Below are positions 55,299 through 64,000 of a stretch of DNA of 64,000 nt, piece by piece; position 1 is the stretch's first letter; the number at the start of each line of letters is the position of its first letter. Both the position numbers and the translations under genes were made by a program. The notes below the pieces were generated by a model. The model was given only the letters and a program-made list of their open reading frames with translations. It made no database searches and had not been told where the DNA came from. The stretch is from Eledone cirrhosa (taxonomy: Eukaryota), in contig OZ024740.1 in NCBI GenBank assembly GCA_964016885.1, forward strand, positions 381,300,001 to 381,364,000, written 5' to 3'.

Positions 55299-55748
55299 TG
55301 TCACTGGACCGAGACCTTTGGCGGTACTCAGTAACAGAGAAGACCCGCCTTACCTAAATACATAGTAAAACCTACTACAGCCAGTAGGCATCTCTAACAA
55401 AATACACCCCGTCCCACCACCACCACCCCCACCCCATCCACACCACCCCGTTCTATGTAAAGTTATGTTGGTGCCGCGCCATCCAGACCGAAACAAATGA
55501 GATCGTGTAGGTGTCACGACAAAAAAACACAGTCCACGCTGTAATGTGGCCGTGTAGGCAACACGGTAAAAACCTCCCAGACCCACACTGTAAATGTGGT
55601 TGGTGTTAGGAAGGGCATCCAACTGTAGAAAACCTACCAGACAGTCCTATGCGAGCAAGACAATCACTCTTGCCTCAAGTGGGACTACCCCCGTCCAAAC
55701 CCATGCAAGCGTGGAACACGGACGTTAAACGTTGATGATGATGATGAT
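55299..55748 (+). mobile_element. RTE LINE family A, 3' end only
   Basis: near-identical to 24489-24917; begins in (TA)n, ends in (gat)n. Confidence 0.9.
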
Positions 55749-55878
55749 ATATGTTCGGAAAAAATTGTTTTGGTAAAAACAGGAGTAAGCAGGAGAAAGC
55801 TCTCAACAATCGTTGTTTTAGTTACGATGGAGGATTTTATAAAAATAATAAAATAAGATGCTGAGGTATATCGTTTAA

Positions 55879-55966
55879 TCATAATAGTTATTTCTACGGT
55901 TCTCCATGCAATCGAGATGTCCTTCATGCATTTGCTGTTGATTATGAGAACGGTTTCCTCAGATGA
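55879..55966 (-). ncRNA. Type I hammerhead motif in the 3' region of the GIY-YIG Penelope-like element
   Basis: minus strand: TCAT-CTGAGGA-aaccGTTCTC...GAGAACcgta-GAAA-TAACTA-TT-ATGA; intact core, 4-bp stem I, near-palindromic stem III, mismatched base of stem II. Confidence 0.65.
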
Positions 55967-57190
55967 AGATCGATATATTTGACATGCCGCTGGTAGGAAA
56001 ACACACATCCTAATGCCTCTGCGCCCAGCTTACATATGAGTTCCTTGAAGGGTTTGCCAGCCGTCGCGTTTGTTAGAAAAATCTATTACCGAAAAAAGAT
56101 GAAAAGAACGAAGAACCATGTGGAACCAAAACCCAGTAGATAGTTGAAGCAACACAAGGAGCTCTGAGTGGGGTGGGGTATACATTTAGTTGACAACCAC
56201 CTATAGACAATGACAACTACAACAACAATGACAATAACATCAAACCGCTGACCAAAGTTGTCCACACTGGTTGCAATAGTCGTGCTGATACTATCACCCT
56301 ACTGACAACAACAACTAAAACAACAGCTACAGTAAAAACACTTACAACGACAACAAACGACAACAACAAAAACACAGACCAGCGTCGTGTATACAGGTTG
56401 TAGCCGTCGCAGTGACGGTACCACGCTGTTGACCATAAGAGCGATAACGCCAAAGCAATAAAAAGGAGTTTAGAGGTGGGTGGGTACACAGTTGGTGGTA
56501 TCAGTCACCATGACCATGAACAGTAACAACAACAATGACAGCGACAACAAACACTAAAACTGCCCATCACCCATCCTGTTCGTCGCAGTAGTGGTGGTAT
56601 CGACTATGTCAGTATTAAGCCATTGGTAACACCAATAACAACAACAAGACCAGCGATGAGGCAACCACGGCGATAGCGGCAACAGGAAAAAAGCCACGTT
56701 TCCATGAAAATTAAACTAACCACAATAGTAGTCCGTTGAAACAAGCAGGTGAAAATGGGATAGAAAACATAGATGGCTATTTATATATATAAAAACATTC
56801 CCAGTTAATACAATCCTCCTCTATCATTGGAAGGCACAAGGCCAGCAATGATCATAACATTCAGTCCCAACCACAGTGGCAACAATACTATCAAAAGGGC
56901 TGTTAGGCCATGGAAGAGAGTTATGGGAAGCGAAAGTAGGAACAGGAACAAATAGAAGAAACGAGAACACATATAGAGAACACAATAATAAAGGAACGGG
57001 ACAGAATACATAAATAAAACAGCAGTAGGTATATAAACAGAGGAATAGGGAACAAAGGACAAGAAAACAAGTACACATAGAGACTCCAGGTGTGCAAACA
57101 AGATATCCAAGGTTCGCCTGACACTGGGATTGCCGTGAGGCTATGTCCGGCTTCCATGGACAAGATTGCAAAAGTGTTCAACTAGCACCA

Positions 57191-57824
57191 CTACGTTGCT
57201 AGTCCGTACAGTTTGAGGAAGGTTCCAGAAGATCTGTGGAGGCAGGTGCTGAAGAGGTTACTCCTTTTATTGATAACTCGAGCTCCCCTCTTGATTATTT
57301 CCATAATCTCGGTGGCACATAAATCGCACGAGTCATGTCCACCCTCTCTGTAGGGTTGAGCCAATGCTACCTTGGACCACGACATGGTGAATTCTACGTT
57401 ATCCCGATTGAGACGCCACACTAGTTTCGAGAGGGCAGTGCTGTGCTTCTTATCCGCCGTCCTAAAGGTGTGACAGTGATTGTACCAGCGTTCCTTAAAC
57501 TTAGTAGCTGTGGCTCTGATATAGGTGAAGGCATGGTCGCTGGTATTCACCCTACATTCATATACTAAGCCACTGCCGAGGCACCTACCCTCCAGGAGGC
57601 AGCTACCGGGGTTTCTACAATTACAACCTGGAGGGGTGTTGCCGCCTGTATCACTGGAACGCGTTGTGTGATTCCCCAGTCTTTCACGGTCCAAGACATT
57701 ACCAACAGAGGGAGAGGTATTTGCGTGGTGCGTCTTCTCACGGTTGCTGTTTCCTCTGGAGTTGCGGCTGTTTTTTAATCTACTGTGGTTCAAGGATTCT
57801 ATGTTTTGTGCTAGGTATCTAGTT
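57191..57824 (-). pseudogene. GIY-YIG endonuclease of a Penelope-like element (truncated)
   Basis: CNCRNPGSCLLEGRC linker, GLVYEC...TYIRAT (degenerate YIG), FKERWYNH, TALSK.VW.L, CDLCATE...INKRS...CLH. Confidence 0.85.
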
Positions 57825-58531
57825 TTTTTTAAATATATATAAATACCCATCTATGTTTTCCATCCCATTTTCACCTCCTTGTTTCAACGGACTACTATTG
57901 TGGTTAGTTTAATTTTCATGGAAGTGTGGCTTTTTTCCTGTTGCCGCCGTCGTCGTGGTGGGGTCATCGCTGGTATTGTTGTTGTTATTGGTGTTACCAA
58001 TGGCTTAATACTGACATAGATGATACCACCACTACTGTGACGAACGGGATGTGTGTTGGGCGGTATTAGTGTTTGTTGTCGCTGTCATTGTTGTTGTTAC
58101 TGTTTATGGTCATGGTGATTGATACCACCAGCTCTGTGTACCCACCTACCTCTAAACTCTTTTTTATTGCTTTGGCGTTATCGCTCTTACGGTCAACAGA
58201 GTGGTACCGTCACTGCGACGGCTACGACCTGTATACACGACGCTGGTCTGTGTTTTTGCTGTTGTTGTCGTTTGTTGCTGTTGTCGTTTGTTGCTGTTGT
58301 CGTTGTAAGTGTTTTTACTGTAGCTGTTGTTTTAGTTGTTTTTGTCAATAGGGTGGTGGTATCAGCACGACTATTGCGACCAGTGTGGACAACTTTGGTT
58401 GGTGGTTTGATGTTATTGTCGTTGTTGTTGTTGTCTATAGGTGGTCGTCAACTAAATGTATACCCCACTCCCCTCAGAACTCCTTGTGTTCCTTCAACTG
58501 TCCACTGGGTTTTGGTTACACACAGTTCTTC

Positions 58532-58860
58532 ATGAGATTGATGAATGTTGGATGTGTCTTTCCATTTCAGTTGGGTCGCACATGTGGGACACATTCTTCA
58601 TTACTCTTACCAAGTCTGCGATCAGAATATTAAACTTAGCACTATTGGACATTGCTGAGTTTTTGAGTATCAGGTATTTGGAGGCCATGGGTTTAGCATA
58701 GTGTGAGTGGAGAATTTTAGCCCTCTTGTCTATAGTGTTTAACCAGAGTTCCATGTCTAATACTGGTAGTGTATTGTTAGGATGTTTGGAAGGGTAGTCA
58801 ACAGTTACAGTTATACTCCACTGTATGAAGTTAGCTATCTGCTGGATACTCTCCATTGTG
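58532..58860 (-). pseudogene. Penelope-like RT C-terminal/thumb fragment
   Basis: ITVTVDYPSKHPNNTLPVLDMELW...HYAKPMASKYLILKNSAMS resembles the PLE LP.LD / Y.KP...S.H region; begins at a (TA)n tract. Confidence 0.7.
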
Positions 58861-58896
<36 letters not shown>

Positions 58897-59160
58897 TTAT
58901 TTATTTATTTATTTATAAATATATATGATGAACTCTTCCACTGTGGACAGTAGATATGGGTTGAGCAAACATATAATTATGTGCACTTTCTGGATTTTTG
59001 TAACTACATGTTAAAGCATAAAACTGTGTCTTTGGTAAACTATAAAATGATATTTTCTTAAAGTTTCTTAGACACAAATATAATTTTGAAGATGTTGCTA
59101 TTTTGTTTTTCCTCGTATAATTTTCTGATCATTTAAATATAATCATTTCATTATGTGCAG

Positions 59161-59313
59161 GTTGTGAATCTTGTCGCTGCAACCCAATTGGCTCAACAGA
59201 TACCAACTGTGATCAAAACAATGGCCAGTGCAAATGTAAAGACAATATTTCTGGCAAACGATGTGACAAATGTCTACCTTATCACTTTGGATTTTCAGTA
59301 GATGGTTGCAAAC
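59161..59313 (+). CDS. LAMC1: Laminin gamma-1-like exon (LE): GCESCRCNPIGSTDTNCDQNNGQCKCKDNISGKRCDKCLPYHFGFSVDGCK
   Basis: tgcag/gtgagt; LE motif. Confidence 0.95.
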
Positions 59314-59642
59314 GTGAGTATCCTTTATTTTGAATATTCCTCCTTAAAATACCGTTGTCTTAAATAACATTCTTATGCATAATATATATAAAAAAATTGA
59401 TATAGAAATGGCTTCTACAGGGCTACAACTGTTTCATTCAAAGGAAATCGAGTCCCGACTGTACAGTTTCACATTTATACACACACATACACACACAGAC
59501 ACACGCACACATACACACATGTACATATATATTTAAATCTCAGAATTTTACCATTCTTAAGTAAGTTTTTTCACTTGCTATCTGATTTTCTTTGGCAATG
59601 CATATGTGTATGTGTGTGGTGTATCTATATCTATATATATAT

Positions 59643-60057
59643 ATAATAACTAGAAATTGATTAACATATATATACACATGAATAATCACAGGAGATAATT
59701 TTTACAAGCGTGTAACCATGCATAGCTAGGTAGGTAACAAAATAAAGTTGACTAGAACTTCAAAAATAGATACCTTTTAATATGATTAATCATATTAAAA
59801 GGTATCTATTTTTGAAGTTCTAGTCAACTTTATTTTGTTACCTACCTAGCTATGCGTGGTTACACGCTTGTAAAAATCATCTCCTGTGATTATTCATGTT
59901 TATGTATATGTTAATCAATTTCTAGTTATTATAAAATGCTCGGACCTACTCGATAGAATGTTTGAGCTTATTTTCCGGGCGATATGGCGCACGCTGTTAT
60001 GGCATGACACCCATAATTTTGATTTGGATTAAATTCATTTAATTTAGCTTAATTTTG

Positions 60058-60060
<3 letters not shown>
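59643..60060. repeat. Loopless palindrome (about 145-bp arms, centre 59787/59788) plus about 125-bp tail between (TA)n tracts
   Basis: ...aatatgatt|aatcatatt...; arms 59643-59787 and 59788-59933 differ at a few positions. Confidence 0.92.
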
Positions 60061-60091
<31 letters not shown>

Positions 60092-60095
<4 letters not shown>

Positions 60096-60947
60096 GGTCG
60101 TTTGGAAGCCTCGACAATGCAAATGGGTAAATATCCGGGTAACAAGGTCCGGTGGTGGAGAGAGAGATGTAAGTGGGTGTATGTTGAGATGCGTGGTGTG
60201 TATAACGTGTGAGATGTGTAGAATGAAGGGAAGAGTATAAAGGATAAAAATAAAAATAACAACACAAGAGAGAGTTACCTTGGGAGAGATTTAATAGTCC
60301 CTATATATTTCGGATTCACATCCATCAACTGGGATTTTTTTCTGGGGTGGGGGAAAAGGTTGTCTGTCGGACAACTCGGAACGCGTCTTTCGCTGTTTGT
60401 TTGTTGATTTGAAAATCAACAAACAGCGAAAGACGCGTTCCGAGTTGTCCGACAGACAACCTTTTCCCCCACCCCAGAAAAAAATCCCAGTTGATGGATG
60501 TGAATCCGAAATATATAGGGACTATTAAATCTCTCCCAAGGTAACTCTCTCTTGTGTTGTTATTTGCTGTTTGTTTGTTGATTTGAAAATCAACAAACAG
60601 TGAAAGACGCGTTCCGAGTTGTCCGACAGACAACCTTTTCCCCCACCCCAGAAAAAAATCCCAGTTGATGGATGTGAATCCGAAATATATAGGGACTATT
60701 AAATCTCTCCCAAGGTAACTCTCTCTTGTGTTGTTATTTTTATTTTTATCCTTTATACTCTTCCCTTCATTCTACACATCTCACACATGTTATACACACC
60801 ACGCATCTCAACGTACACCCACTTACATCTCTCTCTCCACCACCGGACCTTGTTACCCGGAGATTTACCCATTTGCATTGTCGAGGCTTCCAAACGACCT
60901 AAAGATATTTACTTATTGTTCCACAATGCTTCAAGCAAACTTCAATA

Positions 60948-60952
<5 letters not shown>
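60092..60952. repeat. Fold-back element (about 320-bp arms) with 174-bp tandem duplication spanning the apex, about 50-bp tail, (TA)n flanks
   Basis: 60092-60410 is the reverse complement of the right arm ending 60903; 60392-60565 is repeated from 60566. Confidence 0.92.
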
Positions 60953-60987
<35 letters not shown>

Positions 60988-60990
<3 letters not shown>

Positions 60991-61222
60991 ATAATAATAA
61001 ATTTGAAGACTAAAATCCAAAGAGGGCTCGATAAGGATAAATATATATCAAATATATAAGAACCGTAGAGCAAATATTTATTAAAATAACAGATTAAAGT
61101 TTAAGCAAAGAATCGCTGCTTTCACCCTTAACGGGATCTTCTGAAACAGTTTCAGAAGATCCCGTTAAGTGTGAAAGCAGCGATTATTTGCTTAAACTTT
61201 AATCTGTTATTTTAATAAATAT
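60988..61222. repeat. Short fold-back (about 75-bp arms, apex 61148) with left-side tail between (TA)n tracts
   Basis: ...gggatcttctgaaac a gtttcagaagatccc...; arms about 61074-61147 and 61149-61222. Confidence 0.9.
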
Positions 61223-61286
61223 ATATATATATATATATATATAATGTGTGTGTGTGTATATATGGATGATAAGAATCGATCTTATA

Positions 61287-61317
<31 letters not shown>

Positions 61318-61332
61318 TATACATATATATAT

Positions 61333-61535
61333 GGAGGCACATGGCTTAGTGGTTAGAGCATTGGCCTTGCAATCTAAAGGTTGTGAGTTCAATTCTCAGA
61401 CCGGGTGATATGTTGTTTCCTTGAGCAAGACACTTTATTTCACATTGCTACAGTTTACTCAGCTGTAGAAATCAAGCCAGAATCAGTTCCCGTCCCACCC
61501 TTGCAAGCAGGGAAAAGCGGACGTAAAATGATGAT
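61333..61535 (+). mobile_element. SINE family 1 with 127-bp internal deletion
   Basis: head and tail match 44541-44881; junction at CAGCTGTAGAAAT. Confidence 0.88.
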
Positions 61536-61636
61536 ATATATATATATATATATATATATTTTCATACAAAGACACACATGTAATACTTTTTTATTAAAAC
61601 CCTGCAGATATTTAATACCAATTTAATGAATTGTAG

Positions 61637-61774
61637 GTTGTCAGTGTGATCCTCTTGGTTCGTATGACCAGCAATGTGATGACAAGGGAATTTGCAAATG
61701 TCGTCCAACTACTACAGGTGACAGATGTGATCAGTGTCAAGAAAACAAGTACAACATCACTGCTGGTTGTATTG
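61637..61774 (+). CDS. LAMC1: Laminin gamma-1-like exon (last LE): RCQCDPLGSYDQQCDDKGICKCRPTTTGDRCDQCQENKYNITAGCI
   Basis: tgtag/gtaagt; LE motif ending C.EN.Y....GC. Confidence 0.95.
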
Positions 61775-61845
61775 GTAAGTAGTTCTGTTCTGAATCATAT
61801 TTTTCTTTTCACTTATATCCCATTGCTGTAATTTGGATCATTTAA

Positions 61846-62066
61846 CCCTTTAGCATTTACATTACTCTATATATACTATTATATTTTCGCAGTAAAGGCT
61901 TTACTTTATGTAATTACCTCACATAATATCAAATCTATGAGATTTGTATATTATTTATTTTGAGAACAATACCTTAACATCAGTATGATTAGTCAGTTAC
62001 AGGTGATTTAAACAGAAAGAGGTGAGAGGATTCTGGGTAGATATGGCTGGTTTAAATGCTAAAGTG
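61846..62066. mobile_element. piggyBac-like MITE (TTAA target duplication, CCCTTTAGCATTTA TIR)
   Basis: ttaa|ccctttagcattta ... taaatgctaaagtg|ttaa; related inverted copies at about 41810-42030 and 53195-53408. Confidence 0.7.
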
Positions 62067-62921
62067 TTAATTTCTTTGGTCTCACAATTTTCTATTTTGA
62101 TCACTTATGAGAATTCTTTTTTATTGTAATAATTGCAACTGAATTAACCCTGCTAAATGCAGCCAAGGACTACTCCATTATCTATCTATATCCAACTGAT
62201 CACATTTATTACTCATTTGCTTTGTGTAATAAATAGTGTTTGATAGCTTATCATTGTTGATACAACACGACTGAATGGTCTAAAATGTTTGCTTAATAAT
62301 CACAAGGTTCCGGGTTTAAATCCACTGTTTATCTTGGGCAAGTGTTTTTTACTGTAACCTCAAGTCAACCCAAGCCTTATGAGTGAACATTTTTTTAAGC
62401 TCGTCAGATGAACTATAACCTGTAATTCACAGAGCTAGAAAATAATGTTGATCATGGCTGTGCAATGCTCAACTAATGTATAACAATTTAACAACTGTGC
62501 CATTCTGTTGATGGGAAAACTTGAATATTCATCGGTAAACCAACAGATATCCATTTACCTTTTAATATTTCACTTATCATTGTAGAATGTGTGAAATTGT
62601 TTTTATTGCAACCAGCAACCATTCTACTTCATTCACACACCTAATACTCTGAAGAAATACATAACTATATCGACACTTGTTTAACTCCGAGGACATATTT
62701 ATTTCTATAAAATTATTTATTATCAATAAAATTTATTATTTACTAAGATTAAATACTTTCAAGAAATGTTTTTGCCTTTTCATTAATTTGATGATTGTAA
62801 AATATTAAAATCATTTACCAAATTCATTCCACTTGAGTACCATAGCCAAAACAGTCATTATAATTATTTTTAATTTGCTTGAATTTATAATTAATCTAAA
62901 GACTTATGTCTTTCTTTTCAG

Positions 62922-63113
62922 ATTGTCCACCTTGTTATAATCTGGTCCAACAACAAGTAAATGAGCATCGCAAAAACCTGCAAGAAATGCGCAATTACAC
63001 AGAAGTCATTAAAACCAGCCCACAAGCTTTCAATAACTCAGACTTTCTAATGCTTATGAACAATGTCAGCAATTCAGTTGATAAATTGATCAGTGATGCT
63101 CGTCGTATCAGCA
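62922..63113 (+). CDS. LAMC1: Laminin gamma-1-like exon (start of coiled coil): DCPPCYNLVQQQVNEHRKNLQEMRNYTEVIK...VDKLISDARRIS; gene continues beyond the window
   Basis: ttttcag/gtaagt; CP.CY.LV...V..HR..L is the gamma-chain LE/coiled-coil junction. Confidence 0.94.
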
Positions 63114-64000
63114 GTAAGTCTAATTTCTCTTCTGTAAATTTGAATTCTCTTTCTTTAACATTTCTTTTTCTTTAGCTCCTTTGTGTTTTTTTTTTTTCAA
63201 TTGGAGCAGTGGTCAGAAAGTATTTAGTAGATTTGTTATTATCTGTGTGCTGCTTACCTCTAGGTCAGTCCTAATCAAGCATATCTATGATTAAAGGCAT
63301 TCTACTTGTGACCATACTGTTATTTTGAAATATGGTATCCGTCATCTGATGTGTCCATTCCCATTTTTAAGTTGGTGAATGTGATTTTGAGAGATATTTG
63401 TTTGATATTTTTAGTAGGTCAAGCAATCATGTAGTTTTTCTCTATAATAAAATGGTATCTATTTCCTTGTAAAAGTTAATCATTGACTTGACAAAGATAA
63501 TTTTTATTGATCCCGTGAATGAAGTATTACCAGCATTTTTTTTATAGGACACATCAGTCAGGTATCCTGTTGGTTTCCCTTGTTAGACATGATGCCTAAG
63601 AATGTTCTTATCTTATGAACAATTGGATTAAATTGTGAAAATTATTATAATCTGTTGCATACTATTGTTGAGCAGAAGTTCTTACAAAGTGAAGTTATCA
63701 TCACCAGCTTTATTATTTTAACATTTTTTCTTCCATGCTGCACAGTTTTGTAAGACATCACAGTTATTCTTGAATATTATTCATTCATCTCTAAGGCTAA
63801 ACATCTTCATAATCCCTTGTTCTAATTGATTCTCCTTTGTTATGGCTAATTTCTACTCACAGTGCATAACACTACTTAATACTAATATTCAGAAATATGT
63901 ATAGTAAAGTGGTTGGTGATAGAAAGGGCATACAATCATAGAAAGCTTGCCAAACAAGGGGTTTAGGAAGATCTTTCAGTTCTTGTCAAAAGACACAAAA

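Larger units (their letters stand above)
55750..58531 (-). mobile_element. Penelope-like element, 5'-truncated: GIY-YIG ORF, long 3' pLTR-like region with hammerhead, and an inverted partial pLTR copy at the 5' end
   Basis: GIY-YIG ORF 57824-57191; inverted arms about 56110-56797 and 57825-58531; hammerhead at 55879-55966. Confidence 0.85.

Noticed and set aside
56217-56489. Hydrophobic ORFs resembling membrane proteins (also 58073-58535)
   Set aside because: Readings of (GTT)n-rich pLTR-like arms; frames are not conserved between the two arms

Overview
AT-rich eukaryotic genomic DNA, very probably a coleoid cephalopod (Octopus-like SINE/RTE repertoire; this is inference). The + strand carries 15 phase-consistent GT-AG coding exons (25890-63113) of a laminin gamma-1 (LAMC1/LanB2-type) gene: LE repeats, L4 domain, nidogen-binding LE module and the start of the coiled coil. 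No LN-domain exon was found in the first 25.9 kb, which is probably one large intron. The introns are packed with RTE LINEs (two families, both with a PHD finger inside the RT region), tRNA-derived SINEs (one sharing its 3' end with an RTE), a CR1 fragment, a non-autonomous Helitron, MITEs, a 6.8-kb 28-bp satellite and (TA)n tracts. The most striking signal is a recurring class of asymmetric fold-back (palindromic) insertions anchored in (TA)n tracts. Several carry minimal Penelope-type hammerhead ribozyme motifs (intact cores at 14947-15012 +, 13165-13230 -, 55879-55966 -), one is attached to a Penelope-like GIY-YIG ORF, and one has 25 copies of a 14-mer at its apex. All alignments and folds were read by eye; boundaries of repeats are approximate.
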